From: Eledone cirrhosa
Lineage: Eukaryota
Direction: 5' to 3'
NCBI GenBank assembly: GCA_964016885.1
Contig: OZ024740.1
Span: forward strand, 393,576,001-393,640,000
Length of the DNA stretch: 64,000 bases
Made by a program: the position numbers and the translations under genes. Below the pieces are notes generated by a model that saw nothing but the letters and a program-made list of their open reading frames with translations, ran no database searches and was not told the origin of the DNA. Below are positions 49,940 through 64,000 of this stretch, piece by piece; position 1 is the stretch's first letter; every line of letters starts with the position of its first letter.

Positions 49940-51350
49940 AACCATGACAATTGGTAACTGGAACATTACAACCCTTATAGGCAAGGAGCAGGAACCCGTG
50001 GAGGAGACCAGATGCTACTGGTTAGATATAGTCAGGGTTTCCTCAACAAAGTTCCATGGCTCTGGTACTGTAGAATTAGATGGGGGATGGAAACTCCATT
50101 ATTCCAGTGTGGTATCAGAAAAGACTGTACAGGTGGGAGTGGGGATACCCATAAGTCTCCAGCTGTCAGAATGTGTTATAAACTGGATCTCATTGGGAAG
50201 GAGGATTTGCATCTTGAAGCTTTGGCTGAAAGAAAGCTCTTTGTAGGAGTTGTAAATTTATGTGCTAAACAAAGAGCCCAAATACAGATCTTTCCTTCAT
50301 GAAGCCAGTGCAGTATTAGGCATACTTAAGACTAAGTCATATATTCTAATGGGAGACTTCAATGTACATGCAAAAGAGTGATTGGAAGGAATGGTGACCC
50401 CGATCTAAATACAAATGGAGAGGCTTTATTTCACTTCTTTTCTAGCAATGGGCTCTCTATTATGAACATCTTCTTCCAGCACAGGGACATTCATAAATAT
50501 ACATGGTATAAGGAGAATAAGGGACAGAGATCAATAAATGATTTTGTGTTAATATTCGTGTTAAGAGAGGAGCTCAGCTGTCAACTGATCACCATCTAGT
50601 TATCTGCAACCTGAGATTACCTAAAGCTAACAGAGCTCACAAAACTTGCAGGTCTAGCTTGACCTGTAGGACAAGGTGGAAAATGCTGGCAGATAAGAAA
50701 GTCAGGAACGGGTTTGCAGATACGATTGCATTGAAATTCAGAACTCCCTGAGCAAACTAAGGATCTTGAAACGGAGTAGAGACTGTTTAGCTTGGCAGCT
50801 TTTACCTCGGCTTTTAAATGTAGTGGGTGAAAGTGGGTTAGTGTGGCAATGGGTGGCAGGAGGACCCCTTCTTGCTTTGCGGCACAAGCAGTCATGTAAA
50901 GTCACAACAGAGAGATTTAATGCATCCAAAGTTAAGATATGGAAGGACTTTGATGTTAAGCTGGAAACTGGCTTCAGATCAGCAAAAAAAAAATGTTCTG
51001 GCAGACTGTACAGCGACTTGGTAATAAGAAGTCCCCTTCCATGTCTGCTATCACGAATGCATCTGGGGCACTCCTCTCTACAGAGAGATGCACCCTCACG
51101 AGGTGGAATGTATACTTTGCTGATTACCTAAACACAGTCACAACAGTATCTTCTGATGTACACAAGGTGCATCTGTGACCAATGACTAATCTCCCTGAGG
51201 CTGAGCTCAAAGAGCAATTAGAGAGCTCAAATGTGGCAAGGCTGTTGGGGAGGATGAAATTTGGCCCAAAATTAAAAGCCTTTAATTGAGATGGTTTTCT
51301 GATTTGTGTGCTGGGTGGCCTGGATCTCTGGTAAGGCACCAAAGCAATGG
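49940..51350 (+). mobile_element. Decayed RTE/Expander-like LINE, AP-endonuclease region
   Basis: TIGNWNITTL...LDIV...GVGI; MGDFNVH; NGLSIMNIFFQHRDIHKYTWY...RSINDF; TDHHLV; FWQTVQRL. Many stops and frameshifts. Confidence 0.85.
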
Positions 51351-54300
51351 TAAGCAAGAATAATTTTTTTACCCCGGATGTAGCACAGCCAACCAAATAT
51401 CCTCCATACTTTTCATATACAGTGAATATAGGAACTCATTATTCAATGTGTCCTTTTTTAAAAGCCAGTGGGAGATTTGGCTGCTATTTCTAGCATGTCA
51501 AACGACTATGTAGAGGATCCTTCATTGGCTTGTTAATTTGGGAAAAAAAGTCGTTCATTGACAGAAAGGAAAGAGTTACAGAGTAAATGCCTTTTCTTTC
51601 CTTTACATCTTGAGTTCAGATCCTCGCAGTTTACCTTTGTTGTTTATTTTCCTGGAGTTCTGTAAGTAATTGTTTCTACTTTTGTCACAAGGCCAGTAAT
51701 TATCCCAGTGTATTACTGGTACTTTATTTTATCGAACCCCGTAAGGATGAAAGGCAAATTTAACCTCGGAGTTCTGTAAGTAATAGTCACTTACTAGGGT
51801 TGATAAAATGACTGTAAATTTATGGCCTGATAGCTGAATTGATATATCTTTATGTAAGTAATTGTCACCACCCTTCCTCTTTTTTATGAAGTAGGTGGCA
51901 GAGGCAGCAGAGAACCAAGCAATATGTCTTGTAGTATTTAGTTATGATCCTTTAGGCTCTGAGTTCGAAACCTACTGTGATATACAATACATTTTCTCTT
52001 TCTTAGGTCAATAAAATAAAACCCATTCAAGTTTCAGTTTTTCCTGTGTAGTTCTGGTACCATAAAGAAGAGGTCAATGTTAGGTCACTTACTAGAATTT
52101 AATATATGAAAATGCTGAACATGATTTCATAATTCAATACTTTCTTGGTGTTGAGTTGTGTCAGTTCCCTGTCTCTTCAACTGCTATTAAATTGCCATTA
52201 AAATTCTTTCTGTATTCTTTGAAATCACTGATCCTACACCAACCACTGATCCTACACCATCATCCACAACAAAATAACTGTATCCACCTTCCTTCAACAT
52301 CTCATCAAATATACTGCATTTCACTTTCTTTTGCTGAGTCCTCAGGAAATGCTTGCCTCTAGAATTCCCTACCACCAACTTTTACCTTTAACTATTTTTC
52401 ACTTTTATAATGAGATATATAGTGAAATTATTGACAGAGAATGGAATATTTTTCTGGAAATCGTCAAAATAAAATGATTGTAATTTAAAAGAAGAAAAAG
52501 AAAGAATTAGAATTTATATTGACATAAACATGAAAATAGAGAATGATGATTAAAAAAGAAAGAAAGAAGCAATTGCTTTTAAATAGAAACAAAAATTATT
52601 TCATATTTAGAAATAACAAGAGGAACTAAAAAATGGCAACAGATGCTGAAGTTTCCAGATTTTACATGTTGGCTTTTATATGGTGGATGGATGGATAGAT
52701 AATAGAGAGATACACAGCTAGATGGATAGATTGCTAGGTGGGTAGGTGGAAAGAAAAGCGAAGAGATGGATGGATGGATGGATTATTAAATGGATGGAGG
52801 AATAGATAAATGGAGAAATGTATAGATAGTTAAATAAAGCTAGGTAAAAAATATATATAGTTTGATAGACAGACGGCTAGAAAGACAGAGCTAGATTGAC
52901 AGAGCTAGATTGACAGTGCTAATTAGACAGAGTAGATAAATATATAGCATGATATATTGATAGATACAAAGAGAACTGATTGAAAGCTAGGTATATATAA
53001 TAGAAAATAGTAACCTAAGTAAACATGAAAGAACAGCTGAACTCCCACTGTCACCACCTCCATCTCTCTCGCCCTCCCCATCTCTCTGTATGGTGAGCAA
53101 ATGGGGTCCCATGTGCTGGCCTCCCCACAGCCCTGGCAGACAAAATGGAGAAAGTGTTTCCCTGGAGGATGGTAAAGGAGTTATCTATATATATATATAT
53201 TATATATATATAACTTAAAATGAAGAAAATTAAGGTTAACAACTTAAATCCATTTTTTAATTTCGACATATGTATATATACAAGTGATAATGGCCATGCA
53301 TATGTAAACAATGAGTTAATCAGATACTGTTAATTAACAATTATTTACACAAAACATGATATATATATATATATATATGAAAACAGGGAGAAAGAGACGA
53401 TTATTAGGAAGAAAAATATATTTTTTTCCTTTTTTGTTTCTCTCTCTTTTTTTTCTGGGTTAGAAAATGATTAAAACGAAATGTTTTACTTTGTGTGAAG
53501 TGTTAAGGTATTAGTTGATTTATTTATTATTTAACAATGGCATTTATTTATCTATTTATATATTTAATAATTTTCTATTACTGGTTTCAGCATTTTTATC
53601 CATGATCAAATTTCTCCCTGTTTTCATATATATATATATCCTAACTCATGTGCTTCTTCACATTTTATTATTATTATATATATATATATATATATATACC
53701 ATCCACATACCATCAGGAATTATAAAAAGAGATAAAGTTTAATTAAATACAAATTATAAGAATAGACACTATATCAGATGTTGGACATTGGCAAGCAGTT
53801 AATGAAGACTGTACATGAAATGGTTTTGATGTGCAAAGTTGTAAGAGATTGTGATTATAGGTTGAAGTATAAGGCATTACTTCACCATTATTAATAATAC
53901 TATTATTATTTCATGTAGAATATTAGATAGAATATTCATCGTGGTTAAATAATATACATAGAAAGAAGTGTGAAAAGCAGGAAACAAATCAAAATTAGTC
54001 CAGAGGCCACAGTAACATTTTTGCAAAAATAGATATATATGTATCCCGCCGAGTTTAACTTTGTCATTCATCCTTACGGGGTCGATAAAATAAAGTACCA
54101 GTAATGTACTGGGATAATTGCTGGCCTTGTGCCAAAAGTAGAAACAGATTTGAAGAGCATTATCAATTCAAAATTGGGATAAGTAAGTGAGATAAAAATA
54201 TATTCACATACTTTCAATAAATTCCTACCAATGGTTTCATTTGTAAAAAGCAAGTTTTCGTAGAATAATTATAATTGGGAGAATACAAAATCATTAGGGG

Positions 54301-54418
54301 TTGTTCTCAATAGAGCAGATAATTTCAAATGATATATATCATTATCATCATCACTGTTTAATGTCCATTTTTCCACGCTATATATATATATATATACATA
54401 CATACATAATACACACAC

Positions 54419-54987
54419 ATGATTATTTTAACTCATTCGGTTATTGAGTAAAACTGGTGAAAGCAAAACATTTCACACACGTCTACATCTATATACTTAT
54501 GTATCTGTATGTGTATCTTATTACTTTATTGCCTCAAATCCCTTTTGGTAGAGTTAATTAGGTGGATGCTGGCTGCTATTTCTAGCAACTGTGGTACTCG
54601 TCCAATATCCGCCCTTTGCCTCCCTTCTGTGACAATTTCTCCCTCCAGAAAAATATTCACTTTCTAACAGTCAGGCCAGGATACAGTCCACAATATGAGG
54701 GGTCTCCTTGAAGATTCAACAGCCTCACAGCATTGGTGCACTTCTCTGGTGCACCAATGCTGCAATCCAGTAGGGACTTTGAAGAAAGAAATAGGTAATT
54801 CTATGTCCATTCTTTCCTCACATTTATAATTTGATAAATAGCTTTGATTAAATGATTATTTTAACTCATTCGGTCATTGAGCAAAACTGGTCAAAGCAGG
54901 ACATCTCACACACACACACATATATGTATCTGTGTGTGTATCTTATTACTATATCGTCCCAGCTCCCTTTTGATAGAGTTAATTAGA
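54419..54987. repeat. Two ~135-bp direct repeats (54419-54561, 54853-54986) flanking a spacer with a perfect 14-bp hairpin
   Basis: ATGATTATTTTAACTCATTCGGT...TAGAGTTAATTAG occurs twice. CAGCATTGGTGCAC-ttctctg-GTGCACCAATGCTG at 54728-54762. Confidence 0.75.
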
Positions 54988-55672
54988 CATGTCTGTATAC
55001 ATATATATGTGTTCCTGAGCACCACTATTATCAATATGCTACATCTATAAACACCTTTCTTAAACCAACACTACTAATTATGTGTTGATCATTAATTCAC
55101 TGACTAATATAAGTATAATTTGACATGCCGTAACTCAAAGCAATTATTTAATTGGGCACATTAAAAAGAAAAACACTGCCAAATTCAACAACACTTTATA
55201 ACTTTTGAGTTTGCTGTGTGAAATCAAATCTTCAAATTGTTGAATTTTCAAATGCTTGTAACTAACAAAATAATATGAGATCAGCCACTTTGGCTCATTA
55301 TGTTTATTGGAACTTCGAACCTGATTAATAACCAGATTAATATTAATGATGATTTGCATATGATTCCTTTATCTTTTTACGCGAAATTCTTACTGCGGCT
55401 TCTCAGCTAATTTTCGCTTTGTTCCTCACTTTTCATATTCATGTCTATCTTTTTTATCTAACTACCAACAAATATTCTTCTGACTATATAGGGAAAAAAA
55501 AAATAACATTATCTATTTGGCAGTATCGGTAGAGGGTTGGACGCCATGCTTTCCAGCATAGTTACGTCCCTTTATGATCTGAGTTCAAATCCCGCCGAGG
55601 TTGACTTTGCCTTTTATCCTTACGGGGTCGATAAAATAAAGTACCAGTAATGCACTAAAGTAGAAACAATTA

Positions 55673-56282
55673 TCTATATATATAAAACTGAGGATGTCTG
55701 TGTGTCTGTGAGTTTGAATCCCTAAAACTCAAGAAGTACCCAACCGACTTTTTTCAAACTTTACATGTGTATTACTTATGTTTCAGGCAGTGTTATGCAC
55801 ATAAAATTCAACTTTATGATCCCCTAGGGCCCACATTAGGTGAAAAACTGCCTTTTTTTTTAGCCTTTTAGGGTTTTTTGAGGCGTTACATCAGATTGAT
55901 TTCCTTGAAATTGTAACTATGTATTAGTCAGTCTCTTCTTCATACCGTGAGCAAAGAAAATCCAACTTTTTTATGACCTAGGGCCCGCCTTAGGTGAAAC
56001 ACTTCATTTTTTCAGCTTTTTAGGGCTTTTTTGAAGTGTTACATCTAGCCGATTTTCCCGAAATTTCAAGGCATATTATGCACATAAAAAAAATTCATTT
56101 TCTTGATCCCCTGCATTTTTCCTGCTTCATCGAGGAAAATCTTAAAGATTATCCAGTCATCAGAGTATTCGGTTTATTTTCTTTACATATTGTCCAGGCA
56201 TGCAGTTTTTCCACGATTAGGTCTGTTGGTGGCCCGCGTTCCAAAATACCTTATCCCGTGCGATGCCGGGTACCACTGCTAG
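55673..56282 (+). mobile_element. Non-autonomous Helitron
   Basis: A|TCTATATATATAAAA 5' end; 3' hairpin CCCGTGCGATGCCGGG then CTAG|T; A-T target with no TSD; internal ~155-bp duplication; inserted in the tail of a family B SINE. Confidence 0.88.
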
Positions 56283-56770
56283 TTATTAATAATAATGAGG
56301 CAATGCTTTTTTACTTTAATTTATAATCTCTTACAACTTAGCACATCCAATATTCTTGTTATTTGAATTTGGTAAAAGTTATTCCTTCTTGTATTTCCTG
56401 AAGAAATTCAGTTGTTATATGTATTATATCTTGTGTAAATTGTTGTAAATTAACTATTTCCGATTGACTTATTGTTTACATATGTATATACTATTGTCAC
56501 CTGTATTGAAACATACACAGAAATTAAAGAATAGATTTAAGTCATTAACCTTGGTTTTTCTTCAATTTATATATATATATCTCATCATCATCACCGTTTT
56601 ACGTTCATTTTCCCGCCTGTCCCTTAAATATTTATAATTTCTCATTCTTTCTTCTGATGAACGATTAGAGTCTGAAACGTTTAGACTCTCTTCCTGCTAT
56701 TTCAAGCGTTAACCTAATATATTCCTTCCATATACTGTACCGATTGTGTTGTTATTCCTGTTTACCTTTT

Positions 56771-56806
<36 letters not shown>

Positions 56807-56809
56807 GCA

Positions 56810-56985
56810 CGGACACACTGTAAAAGTGATTGGTGTTAGAAAGGGCATCCAGCCAAAGAAACCAACCCGAAATTGATCCAGTGTAAGCTGAAGATCGACA
56901 TCTGCTCTGGCTTAGCTCACATCTGGACAACCTGTCTAACCCATAGTAGTGTGAAACAATGGAGGTTAAACGGTGATGATGATAT
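56810..56985 (+). mobile_element. SINE fragment with RTE-type tail
   Basis: GTTAGAAAGGGCATCCAGC...CTAACCCATAG...GGAGGTTAAACGGTGATGATGAT. Confidence 0.65.
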
Positions 56986-59900
56986 ATATATATAACACTT
57001 AATACATGCCTCTGCTCCATCCCACGCATGGAGTACTACCTTGATTTGTGTTTCCCCCACCTCAACACTACAGACTATATATATATATATATATATATAG
57101 GTAGTTGGTTAGATAGATAGGTAGGTGTATCAAGATAAATTTTACAAATTCCCCTCCATTAATTTGGCCTAGAAAAAAATGGTTGCTACTGAAAGTTGAT
57201 TTGCTTGAAGTCAAAATATTAAGGAACAGATGTTTAAAAAAATAATGACAGTAACAAGACTATATATGTTGATGGTAATAAGGGCGTTTATATTATGATG
57301 GCAACGAAGAAGGATTATAATGATGGTAATGGAGTATTGCAACACATTTTTCGAATTTCATAACAGTAAAAAATAACTTTCTGACTCAAGTTCAACCTCT
57401 GGCATTACTTTATTTCACATTTATTATGAGATACTATTTTTAATTTTGTAAATTAATTTTAAAAATATATTTTGAGGTTGTATAATTCACAATCAATAAA
57501 TATTTTCACTGAGCCTTCCTAACTTCTTGCTTTCTCATTCTTCTATTTCTTTTCTTACCCTTTATTTTGTAGCTTCATTCTTTTCCCTTTGTCCTACTTT
57601 TCTTTTAATGTTCATATTTTTGTCATTCATCTTCTTCATCTGTCACCTTTTTTTGTCAGTTATCTTTTTTGTCAGTCATCTGTTTTCTGTTTTGTAAGAC
57701 ATCTGTTTTGCCAGTTATCTTCATCTGCCATGTCCCCCCAGTCATCTGCCATCATCTTTGTCAGTCATCTTTTTTCCCCAGTCCTCTTTGTCAATCATCT
57801 TCTAAGTCAGTTATTTTCTATCAGTCATATTCTTTGTCCTCTTCACCAGTCATCCCATTCATCTATCATCATTACCAGTCATCTTCATTAGTTATTTTCA
57901 TTTGTCTGAAGACTTCTTCCTCTGCTCTTTCTTATTTATCTGTTCACCTTCTTGTGCAACTTTGTTTTTTTCTTATAGTCAACACTATTATCGCCATTCT
58001 TTTTTCTTTTCTATCTATTTTTCTTCTTGATCTTTAGCACTATTTCCTTTATACAAACCATCTTTTTATCTTTAATATATAACGTTGAAAGAGATAGAAG
58101 GCTAAACAATGCAAAATGGACTGTAAGATGAGGTAATGAAAAGTAAAAGTAAGTTACTTGGTAATCTTTGTTTTGTTTTTTGTTGGTGGTGTTCTTTTTT
58201 CTGTCCAATATTTTGGGGACCTAAAAGTCCTTTCTTCAGGGTTTAAGGGACTTTCAGTGGATAATGTTCTTTGGGATTAAATTTTGATTTTGATTTAAAT
58301 TTTTCTAAGTCGTTTTCAAGCGTTTTTTTATGGTTATTTCGTTTTCTAAAATTGCCAATATATTATTTCGCGAAATCAATTTTCTTTTTTGTATGAGATG
58401 ATAAGTTTGTAATTTTCTCCATTTCTTTTTATCACCATTTTGTAAATCACTTTTCATCACCAAATCCTTATTATTTATTTTCTCTCCTTATGAAGGCCTG
58501 TGGTTTACTGATTAAGATGTTGAGCTCATGGATGTGGGTTCGATTCCCAGACTAAGATACTTAATACTGCACAAGTTCACCCAGCTGAAGATAAGTACCT
58601 GTTACAGCTGTGGATTAGCTCAGCATTGGACTGATGTTCCATCCAAGGTGGATCTTGAATTCTCAATTGCTTAACACTCACAAAACCATAAAAGCTCTAG
58701 GCTTCATCCAACTTGTACAAGAATGGAGACATGGACATAAAACGATAACAAATTCTTATCAACTACTACGTTACAATCCCTGTTCCCATTTTCATTAGAC
58801 AATTTTATATTTTATTGAATCAGATTCTCAGATTCTGCTGGAAAGCTGCAAAAACAGTTTAAAGTCAAAGGTTCAACATTGTAAAGACCACAGCATTAAT
58901 AAGTAACAGAGAACACATCATCCTAGTGCATTCTGGAATGTAGACTTGGCTGACACCAAAAGGAACTGCTAGAACCTTGATAATGTGTATTTAGTGTAAA
59001 CAATGGGTACACAGAGGAGTCTTCAGTAGACTGAGATAAAATCATGGCTTTAAATATGTTAAAAACAAAAGAATAGTTAATAGCAGAGGCACTTATAAAA
59101 TGAAGTCCATAAATTCTTCAGCTCACTTTGTCTAATAGATAGTTTCTGTTCTGTAAATAACTTAATTAGCAGTGGGGTAGTTGTGAAAATAGAGGGTTGA
59201 CTGAGTAGTTAAAAAGTTCATTTCAATTTCATAAGGTCTCAGATTTGATTTCACTGTGTAAGTGCCTTTAACATAGGTTCAAGTCAACCCAGGCCTTGTG
59301 AGTGAAATTGGATAGACAAAAGCTGTTTACAAGCTTGTCAGATGGATTGAACCTGGAATTCAAAAGCCCTGATTTATCACATAACATGTCACAGTAAAAC
59401 TGCCTGAAAATTATATTTAGGATACATATGTCTGTGGGATACTCAACCACTTTAATTCATGAGTCAAACATTCAGGTGAATAAATGCTAATTGTTAGACC
59501 AACAGAAGATCCATCAAAGGGGTATGGGAAAGGAAATAGTAGAAAAATTTCAAGAAACTATTATCTCTGTTCACACCAAAATGTTACTCTCCTTCCTCTC
59601 TCTCTCCCTCTCTCTCTCGCTCACTCTCTCTCTCTTAGTGTAAGACTATGTGAGGAGAGTGATGCAGCATTTGAATGAGAGATGGACATTGAATGCAGGA
59701 GATGTGTGGAGGCTACAGAGAAAATGACTGGAACATGATCAATTAGAGAATAAAGCTAACTTGATTCAATGTTGCTGCCTGTGTACTGAGAAAGCAGCAA
59801 CACATTAAAGGCACCAACTGAAATATACAGACTGATGATTAACAGGTATGGACAATGGGATTTTGGGTAAAAAAGTATGCTTACTAATAGTGAATATCAG

Positions 59901-60869
59901 TGAAAATATGCAAGCATGTAATGAGTTCAGATTTCAGTGTTTTGGGATATCACAGACTAGATGATCTAAGACTAAAATGAGTGATGATTCACAATGATGT
60001 AAATCCATCCAACCCATGCCAGTATAGAAAAGCAGGCATTAAAAAATATTACCACTGATATTTCTATCTTTGCTTGCATAATAATAATCAGCACTATCCT
60101 GTTCCCCTTTATATCATCTTTACCCATCTCCTGATTTGCATTTATCATTAAACCTTATTGTCATCATCTTTATCAGTATCATCAAAACTATCTTGTCCAG
60201 TATTAGCACCATCATCATTATCAACAGTATTTATTTATTTATTATTGCTTTTAACCCCTTTCTCAGACATCTAACTTTCTCACAGGTCTTCCTCTGGTGT
60301 ATTTTCAGTTAAATAGATGTGGCTGACATTCTCAGCTCTCCCCTCACCATCTGACATCTTTAAATTTCCTTACACTTCCATTTTAATTGCTACTTTCAAA
60401 CCTTGCCCATTAATGTAACTTGACACTTCACCCCAGCTATCCATTCTATTCCCACTAACTTCATATTCCCAAAGGTTCTCAACAACTCCAGCCTTTATTT
60501 CCCTAGCACAATTTGCATACAAGGCAGCACTGTTTGTGGCCTAACAGCAAGCATTCTAACCCACTAATTAAGTTCAGATTAGGTTCCAGTCAAGCATAAA
60601 AGAAAATGCTCTGTTTTCCACTATGCTAAACCCACATACCTAAGTGAGAACTTTCATACCCACCCACAACACCAAACACATACAAAGTATGTGGAAAGCA
60701 CATATAGATATAGACATATACATACACGGTCACACATGTGTATATATAGAGTGCTCTTCTTGTTGATATTTTTACAACACACACACACATATGCATATAT
60801 ATAAACAAATACAAACAGGGACACACTCACACATATATCTGTATATATGTGAATATATATATATATATA

Positions 60870-61128
60870 TTGTTTCCTTGAGCAAGACACTTTATTTCAC
60901 ATTGCTCCAGTTTACTCAGCTGTAGAAATGAGACGATAGTGACTGGGGTCCCTATCATTCCACTGCAAAATGGTCATGGAGGTGCCACGGCAAAAAAGCA
61001 CCCAGCACTCACTGTAAATGAGGTTGGTGTTAGGAAGGGCATCCAGCTGTAGAAATCAAGCCAGAATCAGTTCCCGTCCCACCCTTGCAAGCAGGGAAAA
61101 GCAGACGTAAAATGATGATGATGATGAT
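60870..61128 (+). mobile_element. SINE family A, 5'-truncated, with intact RTE tail
   Basis: CCTTGAGCAAG core through CCCGTCCCACCCTTGCAAGCAGGGAAAAGCAGACGTAAAATGATGATG. Confidence 0.88.
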
Positions 61129-61632
61129 ATATATATATCTGAATAAAAATAACCAGGATTAAATTACATTAAATTATTTCCTTGATTTACTAACGTTTCA
61201 ATCAATACAACAGGAATATTCCTATTAAACAGCATAAATAACATATTCTGAAAATGTAAACATGTGTATGTGTGTATATATATATATCATCATTATCATT
61301 ATTTAATCTCCACTTTCCCTGGTAGCAAGAGTTGGATGGCTCTTCACAGTCAGTACTGAAGCAGGACAAACTGGAGATTTGCATCTTGCTGACATACTGT
61401 CCCATGTTCTACAGGGTGCATTTTATAGTTGCACCAGCACTGGATAATTTGTCCTGTCTTTGACCCAATTTAAAGGACATCCTAACCCTTTGTTTTGTAA
61501 GCTTTCTATGGTTGGATGTCTTTCGTATCTCCAACCATTTTACAGCATGTACTGTGTGTATGTTAATCATGTAGATCAATACCAGGGAAATTGACATGCC
61601 TGTGACACAACTGAGGGATCCTCCTTTGGGCA

Positions 61633-61677
<45 letters not shown>

Positions 61678-62145
61678 TATATATCAAAGGTAGAACTCCA
61701 TTATCAATTCTCAAAAGAGAGTAGAGAAATAGACTTATATAGCGTAATTGCCAGCTTCACAGATAAAGAATAGCTCAATGCTTATCATGAATAGAAGAGT
61801 TTAGAGAAGATAGAGGTTTAAGCATGGAAAATTAGTAATACATTTAAAAATAAGCAGAGCATGCATATGTAAAAGTATCAAAGGAAACTCAATCTTCTTA
61901 CATCAAATAATTATTTTAACTCCTTACAAATGTTTCAGATGAACTGTGACTTCGAATCATTCAAATATTTGAAATTTCATGTTTTTCAAACGACTAAATA
62001 TGAATCTCAGATCACAGTTAACCTTCTTCAGAGAGAAATAAATTCAATCATGGTGATTAGTCACTTAAAATATTTTTTACCTTAAGCATGTGTGTGAGTG
62101 TGTGTGTGAGTGTGTGCGTGCGTGCGTGCGTGTGTGTGAAATCCT

Positions 62146-62205
62146 GACTTCTGATTCTTGCCATATTATGTTTAAGACTTCTGATTCTTGCCATATTATG
62201 TTTAA
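62146..62205. repeat. Perfect 30-bp tandem duplication
   Basis: GACTTCTGATTCTTGCCATATTATGTTTAA x2. Confidence 0.9.
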
Positions 62206-62570
62206 TTGAAAGTGCTGTGTGAGCAGGTACATTATTGTGGTGCAGTACCTAATGTCCTGCAATTTTCTTTCAGACCTGCTTGATCCTTTTGAAGTCATTC
62301 CAAGAGATTTTTGTAGAAGGTACAATTCACTGTCTGTGCTAGAGTAAAAAAAATTCTTTGTGAACAATTCCATGGTTGTCGGAAAAAAATGATAACTGTT
62401 TTCACCCTGGATCTGCTTATATGTGCTTTCTTCAAACAGGAGAGTATTTTCCTCCCTTTGTCGTTTTGTCTCTGGTTAGTACTCAAACACCCATGATTCA
62501 TCTCTGGTTATTATTTTATCCAAGACACTTTGCTCAATTTTGAGTCTTTCTAATAAATCCTGACAAATTT
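62200..62570 (-). mobile_element. Decayed mariner transposase fragment
   Basis: Minus strand DESWVFEY*PETKRQ...SRSRVKT...GIVHKEF...LHHNNVPAHTA. Confidence 0.75.
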
Positions 62571-63390
62571 TCCTGGCAAAACAAGCCTGGCAATTAAAGG
62601 AGAAAGAAGTCCCACATAATATAACTTACAAGGTACTTGAAAGGTCAAGACTTTATACCAACAGTACTAAGAGATGTTATCTCTGCCTCAATGAAAAATT
62701 TAGGATATTACAAGGCTTGTCATCTGTAAACAATAATTATTTGAACTCTAAGAATGAAAGTTTTAGAGGATGTCTACATCTCAAGGCCAACTCCTTGCTA
62801 AGTGGAAAGACTTACTGAATTCAACTGATTTTCAACCACCGTAATATTGATTTCTATACTTTCTTAATAACTTTTCTTTTTCCAGCTTCAATACTGCTCA
62901 ACTCATAGCATAATAAATATAAACACCTCTATATTACATACCATCACATAATACCATACATCTGCTATATTACACACACACACTAACATAACCATTTCAA
63001 TTTAATATCTTTGAGCTATTTCCCTTTGTTATACTGCATTTTCATAAAGAAGTGTTTAACACGCTATATTTTTAATGATATTTTCAAACTTGTCAAAGCG
63101 GCTGATGACTAGGTCACAAATTTGATTGCTCTAACAATTTGGGGAGATGGTCAACATTGTGCCTTGAAACCTCAGGTAGCACTTTTGTTCCATGTATGAA
63201 GATAAATATATATATATATATATAAGTAAATAATGTTTTGAAAAGCTGGTTTGCCATTTTCTTATTTCAAAGATAACTAGCCAACAATGAATAAATACCA
63301 TTACCTCAAAGCTATCATTATTATCCAAAAAGAAAACTACAAAAAAAGATGGAAAAGAAGTGAATTAAAAAATACACAACAAAAAATAAC

Positions 63391-63421
<31 letters not shown>

Positions 63422-64000
63422 GACATGAATGATAAACAATTTAAAACAATGGCAAGAGTGAGTCAATTCCCCTACAGGAGGAAAGGTGCCAATTTATTGT
63501 CCAATTGGATTAAAAGGATGGCAGAAATGATTGAGTTGGTTAAATTGGCAAATAACGTTACCAAGGAAATCATGGCTGCTGAACCGCAAGGTGGAGAAAG
63601 ATGGAGGCACTGGCAATGTACAAAGAAAGTGAAAAACTAATTGGGAATAAGTCATTTATAGAAAGGTGTCTTGCACAAACACCACCATAAGTGCTTAAAG
63701 CAAGTTTTTGAAATTAGTGGCAAACTGTGTGCAGAATATGCAAGATTTCTAATTAAGACAAACTAGAAATAGCTCTGGTTGAGACAGAAGGTTTTATAGG
63801 AGTGAAAATTGAACATAACCAGAGTTCATGCCTTTCTGAAGTTGATGGAAATGAACAATATCTAAAAATAAATGCAGTAATGATGACAAGAGGTGCAAGG
63901 TTAATGCTATCTATTTTAATTGATTTTTGTATATTTATACAACTACATTCTATTCACATTTCCCCACAACTTTAGACAGATTCATTAGAGCGTCAAACAA

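Noticed and set aside
63287-63640. 117-aa ORF with a polyproline run
   Set aside because: It arises from C and A homopolymers, with no domain or splice support.

Overview
This is AT-rich, microsatellite-dense animal DNA. The repeat families resemble those of octopod cephalopods (inference). It is intronic or intergenic, and no host protein-coding gene is identifiable with confidence; only weak minus-strand exon candidates exist. Nearly all coding capacity is transposon-derived. (1) At 4.7-12.1 kb a young Penelope-like (Naiad-type) retroelement forms a head-to-head palindrome. One arm has an intact 775-aa RT + GIY-YIG ORF, the other a near-identical frameshifted copy. Each of three pseudo-LTR copies carries a type I hammerhead ribozyme with an extended stem II, and the internal copy lacks the poly(A) signal. 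(2) At 39-47.5 kb a (TACA/TA)n field holds three R4/Dong-like restriction-like-endonuclease retroposon 3' ends on +. On - it holds two RTE LINE 3' ends and three copies of a ~610-bp non-autonomous bipartite RTE element whose 5' end resembles an HDV-like ribozyme. (3) The window also has an RTE LINE with a PHD finger inside its RT, tRNA-derived SINEs whose tail matches an RTE in the window, Tc1/mariner relics, a hAT MITE with 8-bp TSD, a non-autonomous Helitron and several fold-back elements.
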